A stretch of 64,000 nt of DNA from Neophaeotheca triangularis (lineage: Eukaryota). A program made the position numbers and the translations under genes. The notes below the pieces were generated by a model that was not told the DNA's origin, searched no databases, and worked only from the letters and a program-made list of their open reading frames with translations. Location: the NCBI GenBank assembly GCA_054600435.1, contig BAAIJX010000005.1, forward strand, positions 124,001-188,000. Direction: 5' to 3'. Below are positions 1-12,000 of this stretch, in pieces (position 1 is the first letter of the stretch; every line of letters begins with the position of its first letter).

Positions 1-777
1 CGAGCAATCCCGCTCACGTGCCCGCCTCTTTCAGCAGCAGTGGAGAAGCCACGACATTTCTACCCTAGGCAACTAGGTAGATTTCTGTTGAGAACTGCAC
101 CGATTGATGAGCTCCACAGGAGGGAGCTGTTGATGATATCCGCCGTCATCAGTCATGGTCATTATTATTGAGCGCAAACTTTCCCGATTCCTCCTCGGCA
201 CAAGCGGGTGGTGACCGCCCAGTGAGAGATGGGTGACTTGACGTAGATTTTCGTATGGTGATGAGAGATGCGAATTAATAATCTTTATGGCGTGGTGCGA
301 AGTTGGAACTGCACAGAAATGGAATGGAATGTTTGTTGTGCCGCGTCACCCACGTGGCCCGTCTCGGAGCTGCGCCCGCGGCTCTAAAAGTTGTACTATG
401 TACGAGCTGGGAAGTGTGCGTAGGTTCGCAGGATGCTACGGTGTTGGAGGTGGTGGTTTTGTTGGTAGTCGTGCAGTGCGAGACAGGTGTGCGAGCGCTG
501 ACGAGATATTTAGCCATGTCGCAAAGTCTTGTTATATTGCTATTTAAAAACTGCCTGTTGTGGACTCGGCGATGATATTTGAAGTCGGCTCAGGGTAAGA
601 GTTGGGTTTCTCTCGAGTCACCGTGGCAGCCGAGTCAACATGGCAGCCGGTCATGGTTGCAAGCAGCAATAATAGTATGTTGTCGTGACGGGCATTTTGT
701 CTTGCTCTTGCCGTTTGCAAGCCAGCCCCAAAGGCAATACAGGGCGCGGACGAAGCAGCTCACTCGGACACCATCAC

Positions 778-3500
778 TCAAATCCCTGTTCGACTTGGCT
801 GTACACTTTCACCGTAGGTGCTTCGCTCATCCTCAGTCTGAACCTTCGTCACACCATCATCAACACTCCCACACGCGGCGTCGATCGCTTTCAGCTCGTC
901 GTCGAGAGCGCTCATCCTCAACACAAACTCCTTCTGCAGATCCCTCAGCCACTGACTTAGATCCCTTGCGTCCATATCGCCGTCTTTCGCCTGCATAAGA
1001 TGCTCCTTGAGATTCAAGAGTAGTTTCCGTCGACGAGCGTGAACAACGGCAGCCGACGTCGTCTTCCTCTGCTTGGCCTGCTGAACGAGCGTGTCCGAGA
1101 CATATTCCGCGTGCTCCACTACACCAGGGGGCAGAGGCACGACTCTCGCGAGTTTCAGACCGTAGTGCTCCTCCTCGACGGCGCCGGCGGATATGCGGTA
1201 AAGCATTTCCATCTTGTCCTGCTCGCTCGTGTCGACGGCGAGGTGCAGGTTTATGACGCCGTTGCGCTCAGCCATGATGTTTGCGAGGTCTCGGAAATGG
1301 GTGGCGAACCACACTAGTGCTCTGCTTTCGACGAGTGCTTCGGCGATGGCGAGGGCGATGGCGAGGCCGTCTCGTGTGCTAGTGCCCCGGCCGAGCTCGT
1401 CGATGATGGCCATGCTCTGACCGTCGACGTTGCGCAAGATGAAGGCGGTCTCGCGCATTTCGGCCGCGAAGGTCGACACGTTGGCTTCGATATTGTCGTC
1501 CATGGAGACTCGTGCGAAGAGCTGCCGGATGATGGGGAATGCTGCGTACTGGGCTGGTACGAAGCTACCTACCTGAGCCATGATAGACATGAGGGCGACA
1601 GAGCGGATGTAGGTGCTTTTACCGCTCATGTTGCAGCCCGTGATGATTTGAAAGCGCGTCTGCTGGGTCGCGTAGACGTCGTTGGGTATGAATTTGCTTG
1701 ACTGGATCTTCTCACGAACCGGATGACGGCCAGCACGTATGGCGAGAGTGTCTGACATCTGCGGTCGAACATAGTCGTGTGAAGTCACCAGTTGAGCGAA
1801 AGCAGTCATCATGTCGAGCATAGCCAATGCCTCACATATTTTGAACAAGACGGACATGTGCTCCCTCACGTTATCGATCAAATCTTGCACGGCCTTGTCG
1901 CTCATCATCAAGACCTCGGTGTGCGAATCGGCAATCTTTTGGTTGAGCTTCATAATGTCCAGAGTCTGACATTCGATCCAGTCGTTCTTGCGAAAAACAT
2001 TAATGAAGACTCGAGGCAGGTTTCGCTCCAGTAACTCAGAGGCCGAAAGACGAATGTAGAACTGCCGCACGCCATCGAACTTCGTCTGCAAAGCCAGGTC
2101 ATGCTCTTCGGCCAAGTCAGTTATATGCTGATACGCATCAGTCATTGCTTCCTTGTAAGTCATTCTGGCAACGTCAAGCAGCCCGTTGACTCCAGACTTG
2201 ATAGCGTAGGTACGCTGGTTTCTCAAGTCGAGAGGTTTCTTTGCAAACGTAGTGTCCTCGTTGATCACGTCGTTGATGAGATTCTGCACCGGTTCCAGGT
2301 TCTCAGCAGCACACAGGTTACGGATCTCAAGCAGCATGAGACAACGGCAGCCTGCAAGGGCCTCCCAAACAGGCCTGACCAGGTTCGCAAACTGCTTCAG
2401 CATGATGATGTTGTTGATAGCCTGCTCCGTTTCCTTTAGGTTGGCTTGTACCGGAATGAGGATCATTTGGGTGAGCATGCGGTCGGCGTCCAGAAACGGC
2501 TTCAGTGCAGCGCGAGTCGTAAAGAACATGTCTTCCTTAGTAGTCAGCTCTTCGAGAGCGTCGTAGCGCGTGTTGAGAGTATCGATGTTGGTCAGAGGCT
2601 GCAGGACGTTGCTTCTTAGAAGTCGAGCGCCCATTGGAGTCTGCGTCTCGTTCAGGTGACCGAATAGACAATGCTTCGATTTGGCGTTGTGCAGATTCTG
2701 TACGAGCTCGAGAGAATGCATAGTCGACAAGTCAATCATCATGGAACCCTCAGATGGCTCGTATTTGATGCGCAGGGAACGGAACGGAAACGTCTTCTCA
2801 AGCGCAAGCTCGATGAATTTGAGTACCTGAGGTATGGCAATCAGCGCAACACACCGGCGTTGATGCTCAGGGTGAGACTTACGGCTGCCAAGCAGCACAC
2901 AGCGTAATAGTTCCCGTGGACGGCCGTCTTGATAGATTCGACATCGTCAGCAAAAGCAAGCTGCTGGATGTACTCCAGCCCCGTAGTTTCAGCCCAATAG
3001 CGGCGATCAAGAAGTTGCATCTCACACCCAATGTCGTCGAGGCTGTCCTCGATGATAGAGAAAAGCTTGGACTTGTGGTTGGCGGCTGACCCTACGATCA
3101 GGATGACAGTGGGACTGTACACGATCAGCTTGTGGATAGTTCTGACATAGGTCTGGCTATCGCTGATTTGACTGAGCACGGCCTCGCCGGTAGCCAAGTT
3201 CACAAAAGCCAGGCCAACGGTGGGTGAGATTCCTCGAGACTCGCTGACGGCGCAGATGATCTCCTGATTCTCAGCTCCCAAGGTGGAGGCTGCTGTCCGA
3301 GGACGTGCAGTACCTGGTCTGGTGCGATATGAACGCGACGTTTGCGGCCTCGAGAGAGCTGTCGCGTTGTCGTTGGTGGTGTAGTACTGATTCGAGGCTG
3401 TCGCCCGTGAGGTTCCGCTATGGCGAGCCATGCCCGTCCTATCGATGTCGACCGAGCTCATGGCGGTCGAAACCGACGCAGCCCTCGTGTTCCTTGCCAT
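778..3500 (-). CDS. MSH4: MutS homolog 4, meiotic crossover protein (2 exons; intron 2827-2882)
   Basis: MutS ATPase motifs ITGCNMSGKST, STFAAEMRE, IIDELGRGTS and FATHF. N-terminal ICAVSESRGISPTVGLAF is typical of fungal Msh4. A GTAAGT...CAG intron joins ORFs 2841-3563 and 778-2898. The first ATG is at 3500 (3563 is TTG). Confidence 0.93.
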
Positions 3501-4487
3501 AGCGGATATCCTTTGAGCCTTCTCGATGATGGTGTTTTGGCGGTTGCTCCGTTCGTTGAGCAATGAGAACTAGGGGATGAGGTCTCCAGGCAGCCGTGTC
3601 ACGAGCGCGACGCGCCCAACTTTGACTTGATCCATCATCCCGATGCACGTCTCTGGTGCGTATAGGTAAGGTATGGCTCGCCTCTCTATATTGTTACCAC
3701 CTTACCTATGGTAGGTACCCAGTGACGTTCACGAGACTGATTCAACCGACAAACACCTTCAACCTTCACCTACCTTACCTTACACCCGTTATTACTCTGC
3801 TGCTGGTGTTGGTAGGATTCCAGCGGCGAATGCCTTCAAAGCAACCCAAAGCAGGCCTGTAATGTCTGTTGGCACTCGCCGTCCATCCCCTGGCTTGTTG
3901 CGTCTACAATGGTTCATCATGCTTGAGCTCTGAAGCAGACACCTAGCAAGAATGGCACTGCTTGCATGCCATCGTCACCCGGGCATCCACAAGATCATGA
4001 CCGCCCAATTTCTCCCTCATCAACAGCCAGCGTGGCCGATGGAACATGAGGAGGCACCAGACCAAACAGGACCGAGACGAAAAGACTACCTAACAGTACT
4101 CGAAGTTCCCGTCCGTGAAAAAGGAGAAAATCCCGTCCCCGCCACAATTGATCACTTGGCGCAGTCCGTGAGAGACCTCGGCTTTATTGGAGTTGAGGAT
4201 GATAGATAGGGTAACGACGAACCTAGCAACGCTCCCCTTCGTAGTAACCTCTATCGGTACATCGGCAGGACACACACACGCAACGACAGAGCTCTGATAA
4301 TCGACGACTTAACTTTGCAGGTGCAATTGGCAAAGCCCCGATCCCGCGCATTGAACAAATGTTGTAAGTGCAGGTCAGAAGCCATTCGATAGTTTCACAA
4401 AGCAGCCCCCAGGTAGGCAGAGATATATTTCAGTGCTCGTCTATCCTTCTCTTTCGTATGCTTTTCGTTCCCTGAACGAGGCCTATC

Positions 4488-6584
4488 ATGGTAATACGGC
4501 GCAATAGCACCGAAGACGAGGGGGTAGAGCTGAGGTATGATAACTTCTGGAGGTTCTCACCAAGCAATGAACCCAAGGGAAGCGGGATGACTTCGCATAG
4601 ACGATATTCGAGTAACAGTACGAGGCCGCCATCACGAACCCGCAGAGCGCACAGCCCTGCCCACGAAAGTCTGGCACCTGACCTCAACGACGAAAACGGC
4701 GACGCTCCCCAGCATCCCGTCGAAGAGGAAGACAACTTGAGCTTCAGCCAGAGGGACAGCGTCATTGATTTCGACAAGCAGCGTGAAGCATCAGATCTGA
4801 AAGCCGGTAAGAGCAGTACGAAAGAAGAGGAGATGCCTGAAGAAGATGCCATTGCACAGATCGACGGCGCAGTAGCGTCGCGAGAACAAGACACCGAAGC
4901 TGGACCACTAGAGTCACAACGACAAAATGCAGCAAAGACCGAGAGGGATCCAAACCTAGTTACTTGGGACGGTCCCAACGATCCCGAGAACCCCCGAAAC
5001 TGGAGCATGAAGCGCAAATGGACGGCGACGTTTCTAGTCGGTTGCTTCACTTTCATCTCGCCGGTCGCTTCGTCGATGGTGGCGCCGGCTTTGAGCACCA
5101 TCGCGCAGGAGTTCAACACATCATCCGAACTCGAGTCTTCGATGGTGCTTTCAATCTTCATTCTGGCCTACACAGTCGGGCCACTTCTTTTTGGACCGCT
5201 GAGTGAGCTTTGTGGACGCACGATGGTGTTGCAGGGTGCGAATGCTTTCTTCCTCGTCTTCAATTTGGCTTGCGGCTTTGCGCAGAACAGTGGACAGATG
5301 AATGCGTTTCGCTTTCTGTCGGGAATTGGAGGCAGTGCGCCTCTTGGAATAGGCGGCGGTAAGACGACAACACTGAGAATAAGACGGTGCAACCCAACAC
5401 TAACAATCCTTTGAAGGCACTCTCGGAGATTGCTAGCAGCCTCATGAGCGAGGCAGAGCCTTAGCCATCTACTCACTGATGCCTTACCTCGGCCCGGCCG
5501 TGGGCCCTTTAGCAGGCGGCTACATCACGGAACATACGACCTGGCGGTGGGCATTCTAGGCGACATCCATCGGCGCCGGCGCCATCCAGCTCGGCGGCTT
5601 CTTCCTCTTGCAAGAGACATACGCGCCAGAGCTACTACGTAGGAAAAAGGTCGCTCTCATCAAGGAAACCGGAAACCAAGCCCTGCGGACGGAGTACGAC
5701 AATCCATCGCGGACTTTCGTAAACCACATGCGCGGCGCCCTCGTCCGGCCTTTCCGCCTCATCCTAACGCAGCCCATCATCCAAGTCCTCGCCTTGTACA
5801 TCGCCACGGTCTACGGATACATGTGAGCTTCACCACCCCACCCCGCACCCCTTCCCTCACCCTCCATGCCACAAGCCAACTAACACCCACCACCTCCCTC
5901 CCAGGTATCTCCTGATCGCGTCATTTCCGCGGCTCTGGACAAGCCCCTCGTACTACAACCAAAGCATGGGCGAAGCCGGTCTAAACTACATGTCCCTCGG
6001 CGCGGGCTTCTTCATCGGCACGCAACTAACAGCGCCCTTCAACGACCGCATCTACGCGCACCTGCAGCGCAAAAACGACGGCGTCGGGCGCTCCGAGTTC
6101 CGCGTGCCGCTCATGGTACCGGGGAGCTTGATAGTGCCTTTGGGCTTGTTCTTGTACGGCTGGACGGCCGAGACGCGGCAGCATTGGTTCTGGCCCAACC
6201 TGGGAGCGGCGGTTTACGCTGGCGGCAGTGTCGTCATTTTCCAGTGTGTGCAGGTGAGTTTTTCCATGTCTCCCATGTCTGGGGGCCAAATGGAAGTGTG
6301 AGGGGCGCTGAGCTGACGGACCTTGCGTCCCTGTTTGGAAGACTTACTTGATAGACGCTTACACGCTGTACGCGGCTTCTGCGCTCGCGGCGGCGGTGGT
6401 TTTGCGCTCCTTGTGCGGTTTCGCTCTGCCCTTGTTCGCGAGCTACATGTTCGACGCGCTGGGTTATGGCTGGGGGAGCACGGTGCTGGGGGTTTTTGCT
6501 ATTGTGATTGGACTGCCGGCGCCGCTGCTGTTGTGGAAGTACGGCGAAGCGCTGAGGGCGAGGAGCAAGTATGCGGCTGGGTAA
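4488..6584 (+). CDS. MFS drug:H+ antiporter (DHA1-like), 4 exons (introns 5359-5416, 5823-5904, 6254-6341), interrupted by in-frame TAGs at 5434-5436 and 5557-5559 (editing-dependent gene or recent pseudogene)
   Basis: Motifs VTWDGPNDPENPRNW, GPLLFGPLSELCGR, LGPAVGPLAGG, QETYAP, EFRVPLM and YLIDAYTLYAASA. Splice sites are canonical and keep the frame. Exon 2 reads GTLGDC*QPHERG...TTWRWAF*ATSI. Confidence 0.88.
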
Positions 6585-6962
6585 GAGTCTCGGGTGGACG
6601 TTTGGGGTGAGGTAGTGGGTTGAAGGTTGGGGGTGAGCGAGAGGGGCTTTTGTCGCTTGCTGCTGTCTGTGGTACCTGTGAAGCTATTTACATCTATTAC
6701 GTGACGCAAGTTTCGCGCCTTCATGCCTGTATGCTGCTATGGCGGGGTGCTGTGTCTTCAACTACCTTTATGGCTGCGAGCTGCCAGGGGTTCTTCTCGC
6801 AGAGTCTTATTTCCCAGTCCTCGCAACCCGGCGGCCAGGGCATGGTTCTACCGAGAATGTATCCCCAATGGTCTTCTCGGTGGTCAGACGCAGCAAAGTC
6901 ACAGCTACTGACCATCGACACAGCCTCGCACCAAGAATCGCTGCGCCTCTCCCACCCCCATC

Positions 6963-8519
6963 TCAGCACATGAACATCTTACAAGTACTAACATTAACCC
7001 GGCTCCACTTCCTACCCAACACAGCCGCAAAAGCAAACTGCACCGGCCAATAAACGTGATACAACCACCAGGCCGGCAACGGGTCCCAAAGCTCATACGT
7101 GCCATCGCACCAGAAAAGCACGTGCTCGGCGAAAGTCGTCAGGCTCTCAAAGACCTCGCGGAAGCTAGGACCGTCGCGGGAGAGTAGCGAAAGCAGAGGG
7201 AGCAGGACGAGTTCGATAAAGTCGTGGCCGATCCAATAGTATTTCTTCGGGGCGGTGGGGAACATGGGGAGCGGCGCTGTGCCGTTGGGTGTAGGGGGTT
7301 GGCTGGTGTTCTTCTTGTCGGCGGGGCTGGCGCGCTTGGGCTCGAGCAGGCTGAGATAGGCGTCTGCCATCTCGGGGGTTTGGTTGAAGAGGACGACGGC
7401 GGTGTGCGCGCGCGGATTGCACTCGATGGGGTAGAGTTTCACGTTCTTCGAGGGGTCGCGGAGCGCGGCCTCGGCTTCGTTCATTTCCACCAGGAAGTCG
7501 AAGGAGCAGTGGCCCGTGAAGCTGCTGCCGGCGGCGGCCGCGTGCTCTTGTGTGAAGCGCAGCATGCTCATTGTCAGGCCTGAGTCGGCGGGCAGGGCTT
7601 CGTAGTGCATGAGGAGCTCGCTGGAAGGGCAGGCGACGAAGGCCTTAACCTCGCCGCGCACGACCAGGGCGTGAGTACAGTATTCGGGACCGCGGATGTA
7701 TTGTTGCAGGATCCAGGGTCGAGCTTCGGAGATGGTGAAGCGTGAAATGTGCGCTTTGGTTGCGGCAGGGGTGGCCAGAGGTAGGGTTGTCATATCGCCT
7801 CGCACGGCGTCGTCGGTGCCAATGTACTTCATGATGTAGCGTTTGTTTTTCGCCGAGGCGTCTTCGAGGACTTTGAGCATGGCTGCTCGGGACGTGACGG
7901 TGTGTGTCTCCGGGATTGGTAGGCCAATCGACTTGGTGTGTTCCATGAAGCTGTGCTTCTCGTGCAATCTCGTCGTGTTGGCGATGTCGAATTGTACCGC
8001 TTTGCAGCTCGTTGTTCGTTCAACCATCTCCTTGGCCATGCCATCCTCAACGGCTGAAGCTACACCGGAGCAGGACACCCAGAGATCTACCTTCTCTTGC
8101 TTAACGATGTTGGCAATGCTCTGCATGTACCAGTCTTGTCCCTCCTTGCTACCATCTGGCTTTCGAAGCTTGTGGAACGCCCTTAGCGCTTTCGAGGTCC
8201 TACCGCAAGCCGTGGGCAGCAATGCAGGCTCAAAATCTGCCCCTATCACGTTGTGACCAGCGGTGTAAAACAGACGAGCGAGCGCGAGGCCTTTTGACAT
8301 GCCCACGCCCGTGACCAGGATGGTGCGCGGTTGGAAGTACGGCGTGTACGGCGACCGCACATGGCGACGGTGCTTGATCGCGGCGGGTGTGTAGAAGAGT
8401 CGCGAGCAGTAGTTGGCGAAGAGGAGGAAAGTGTCGAGTGGGAGGAAGACGAAGCTTAGGAGGATGAGGGATATGTTTTGCGCCGCGTGTTGCAGCCAGG
8501 ACGAGTTGGCGTCCAGCAT
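6963..8519 (-). CDS. mysC: ATP-grasp amino acid ligase of mycosporine biosynthesis (MysC-like)
   Basis: TILVTGVGMSKGLALAR, PWILQQYIRGPEYCTH, FVACPSSELLMHY, SFDFL and IECNPRAHTA. Adjacent to the O-methyltransferase and DDGS genes. Confidence 0.88.
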   Translation of the reverse strand: MLDANSSWLQHAAQNISLILLSFVFLPLDTFLLFANYCSRLFYTPAAIKHRRHVRSPYTPYFQPRTILVTGVGMSKGLALARLFYTAGHNVIGADFEPALLPTACGRTSKALRAFHKLRKPDGSKEGQDWYMQSIANIVKQEKVDLWVSCSGVASAVEDGMAKEMVERTTSCKAVQFDIANTTRLHEKHSFMEHTKSIGLPIPETHTVTSRAAMLKVLEDASAKNKRYIMKYIGTDDAVRGDMTTLPLATPAATKAHISRFTISEARPWILQQYIRGPEYCTHALVVRGEVKAFVACPSSELLMHYEALPADSGLTMSMLRFTQEHAAAAGSSFTGHCSFDFLVEMNEAEAALRDPSKNVKLYPIECNPRAHTAVVLFNQTPEMADAYLSLLEPKRASPADKKNTSQPPTPNGTAPLPMFPTAPKKYYWIGHDFIELVLLPLLSLLSRDGPSFREVFESLTTFAEHVLFWCDGTYELWDPLPAWWLYHVYWPVQFAFAAVLGRKWSRVNVSTCKMFMC

Positions 8520-8602
8520 CTTTGGAAAAGCGTTAGTCGGGCCAAGAGGAGTGCAATGGCTCGAGTTGTGAGGGTGTCCGTCAGTAGTAGTAGCTTGCCT
8601 AC
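8520..8602 (-). other. Probable 5'-UTR intron ending immediately before the mysC ATG
   Basis: Minus-strand GTAGGC donor at 8602, CTAAC branch point, and AAG acceptor abutting the ATG at 8519. Confidence 0.6.
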
Positions 8603-9169
8603 CGGAAAATGTTGAGCCTTGCAGGTTGCACGGTTCTCTTGCAAGGTGTTGGGTCGACGTCGAAGTTGGCTTCGAAGGCCCTCTTAAAGAATACCTACGC
8701 TCTCTGCAATTTTCGCATTCACTCGCTGTTTACGTCACCCATTGATCTGATATGCCTGAGACTGGGCGAAAGGGCAAATCGTGGTGCCCTAGTCATAGAT
8801 GCCATGTTATGCATAGTTGTAGAATCAAAGGTGCTGAGGACTTCACAAAGCTGGCTGGAAAAGGTACTGAAATTAAGTGACAGAAAGCGTCTACGCTGGT
8901 AGCTTTGATTGAACGGCCTATGGCTTTTGAAGAAGACAACACGGGTTCGAGTGTCTAAGCAACATCTCATTGACGAGCTTCTGTCTCTACGCGTACGAAG
9001 CGACCGTCTATCTGACAAGTCTGACATGCACCCTCGTTATGCCTACGGTCCCGATCTAGCAGCTTTTCGCTGCAGGAGGTATCCGTAGATGTCCTCCTCA
9101 TCTGCCACAGTCACCGACCTCGTCTGACTTGCTAGTCTCCTTAGAACCCAACTGTCTGGTCTGAGCATC

Positions 9170-10140
9170 TCATGATTGCTCATCGACACAACGAGTGATC
9201 TCGACTCCATCCTGCAACATAGTCAGTGAGCGCGCCGTGCAAAGTGTTGATACCATGTGCGCTTACCGGAACGCCAGTCGGCTCAAAGCTATTGACAAGC
9301 TTGCTGTCGTATACCAGATTTGGGTTGCCTCTAGTCGCGGCAAGCTTCTCCTCGCCCTCTCTCTTCGCATACTGCTTGGCCGATCGCTCAGCAAACCTAG
9401 CATCAGGTCCGCTCTCACTCTCGGCCTTGCCAGCAGCTTTGCGCTTCTCCTCCACCGAGCTCCTAACGTACTCGAGGTACGGGGGGTTACCGGGCTTGAT
9501 GACGTTGTCGGCGGCCATGACGGAGCCCTTTGTGACCAGCTTCAATTCCTCGCACAGCTTGAGATCGGTCTTGTAGGCTGGCTTGTAGTGATCCAAGAAC
9601 ATGAGGCCAATGTGCTTTAGAGTGCCGGACGAATGCAGACGCTTGATGGACGCGTCGCTGGATCCAATCTCCACCTGCACGATGTCGCTCAGGCCGGCCA
9701 GGTTGACGAGCGAGGCAATGACGGCTCCAAACTCTGGATTCCGCTCCAGGCAGAAGTACTGCTTACCGCCTGCTTTGCGCACCGCGTCGGCGAAGAGGAT
9801 GCAGGAGTAGCCAACGTAGCCACCGAGCTCGACCTACCTCTCAATCAGCCTTGTGCCGGCTGTAATAGAAAGTATGAAGCTACGGTACCATGGTCTGCGG
9901 CTTCACTTCTGCAATCAGGTCGCAAACGATCTTGCCCTTGTCCTCGCCGACATTCATGAGGTACTTTTTGGTGCGCGCATACTCGTCGATGGCCTGGAGC
10001 ACGCGTTGAGGCGAGCCGCGGATTTCCTCGACGTCTGGCTTGCTGTAGACGAAGTGAAGGAGCTCAATTTCGCGGCCGTCGTCGAAGAAGACATCCTCTT
10101 CCTGGGCGGCGTATGCCTTGGACTGGTCAAATTGAGCCAT
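9170..10140 (-). CDS. mysB: SAM-dependent O-methyltransferase, catechol-OMT-like (MysB-like); 3 exons (introns 9834-9888, 9212-9266)
   Basis: YLMNVGEDKG, VELGGYVGYS (SAM motif I), FLDHYKPAY and ADNVIKPGNPPY. The spliced C-terminus reads DGVEITRCVDEQS*. Confidence 0.9.
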
Positions 10141-12000
10141 GTCTAGAGTCAAAGTCTTGGGGCGGGAAAATTTGTGGTGTTGTGAGGTCAGAGACGAAGA
10201 CGTGGATGTTCGCAGAGAGTACAAGTTGTCAATGGCATGAAAGTATTCCAAAGGTTGGCTCAGAGGCAGTAGGGTGGTAGGACGAGGAGACGATCGGGAG
10301 CTAGGTCAGGTAGTGCCGCAACGTTGAGGAGGTCGCGGTTGCCGACCAAGAGCGAGCAACAACATCATCATCCCACTCTCCAGCTCCCAGCAGGGCTTCA
10401 GCGCGCGATGATTAGCACACGTATCGCGTAAACGAGCTTGGAAGAGTTGGCTGGCTGCTGGGCTCGACTGTGCCCTAGATGATGCGCTCGGTCGGTCGAA
10501 TACGGAGGAGATACTGATGGGACAAATTACAACAATGGAGTGCGTAAGTAGTGTGTCACCACTCGTCGAGGCTTGATAGTAATCATATATTCCATTTCCG
10601 ATCTAGAAAAGTTTGGCCAGAGCTGCCCCTCAGTTCAGCTCATGAGTGCCCCACGCGCGGGATATACTTCATGTAGGTACCGTACACGTACAGTACATGG
10701 TTACAAGAAGGTCGACGCATGTCGTCCTAACGTCATTAGGTGGAAAACCTGTTGTCCCTGCCCTGTTCCTGCAGGTCGACGCCGTTTGCCCTGCCTGCTG
10801 CAGGTCTCGTCCGTGGTCTCGTCCCTTTCGCTTAGGTACCTGGTAGGAATGGGTGGGATTGACCTACAGCACCAAGCAGTATCAGTTGAAACGCGTCTGA
10901 CTTCACTACTTTTGACCGTCGCAATAATAATAATGATTTCATCTCGCGGTCCATGACTGCCCGTGGAATGACAGACTCCTGCGACACGACCCATTGTGTA
11001 CCAGAGACATAATCCCTGCAAGACAGATCTCTCGCGCGAAATCTATATAACGTTGACGCTAGAGTGAGATCTTGCCGCCCCAGATCCGACCAGTTCATTG
11101 GCGCCCTGAACACGCCATCCGATCAACCCCGCCATCCATCGGACAAAAAGTTCGACGGTGGGACAAAGTCTTCCAAGGTTGTCGACGGGCCCTTGTTCGT
11201 GGATGTCTTGCGCATCATCACTACGTACCAAATGGCCAGATGCTGGTCAGTCCTCCTCTTCTTCTTCACGCGTGCAGGGCCGGCAGCAGGTGCAGCAGGT
11301 ACAGCAGGTACAGCAGGTACAGCAGCATGCACATTTGGTCGGTAATAACCGAATGACACCAGTGCCCTTGTGCTTGGTTCGTCCCATTCGGTCCTGGTCC
11401 CTCGGCACGCCTGAGTGGGATGGTTCCTGTTACTCGTCGAGTCTGTGATTGATTGACAGATGGTGCTGTCTGGGTTGGCCCTTGGTTTTGGGGCCAATAG
11501 CGTGTCCAGACACGGGCTCAATGCTTCCTGCACCTCTCTCAAGCTAGCAGGATGAAAGCGTGGGTGATCGAACTCTCCGCTGAGTCGTTGCCGTTACCAA
11601 GCCGTCCCAGACCTGTCTTGTGCCATCATGGCCAAAAGATTGGCGTGATCCGCTTCTCCATTCGGACGGCGTTGTCGTGGTGCATTCCATATGTCAATGT
11701 CAGCGACGGGAATAGGAAGGAGCTTTGCCCTGTCGTCGTCGTCGTCGTCAGGCTGGAAGAAGCCGTGGGGCTGTTTATGAGGCAGCCACGCCCACCTACT
11801 CTAATCTACCCTTAGGTAGCTCTCTTTTTTCACCTTTTCCCTTCCACCTTTTTCTTCCTTTCCTACAACCACACCTTTCAACCACTCACCCAATATCACC
11901 CCCAGCACATTCAACTGTCTTGAACACAATTAGACCTTCACTACATCACTACCACTTTACCAACAACAACCCACACCTCCCCCCACGAAATACCTTCACC
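10141..12000. promoter_or_regulatory. Divergent intergenic/promoter region shared by mysB and mysA
   Basis: 1.86 kb with no credible ORF between head-to-head genes of one pathway. A pyrimidine-rich tract precedes the mysA ATG. Confidence 0.6.
11284..11325 (+). repeat. 9-bp tandem repeat CAGCAGGT(A/G) x ~4.7
   Basis: cagcaggtg cagcaggta cagcaggta cagcaggta cagcag read directly. Confidence 0.85.

Noticed and set aside
1..700. Short ORFs at the window start
   Set aside because: No recognisable product. Probably UTR or promoter sequence of a gene outside the window.
4488..6584. Genome-wide TAG reassignment (alternative genetic code) as the explanation of the MFS stops
   Set aside because: TAG terminates other genes in this window normally (e.g. 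at 46304, 57041, 41385, 31129), and no other gene shows internal TAGs.
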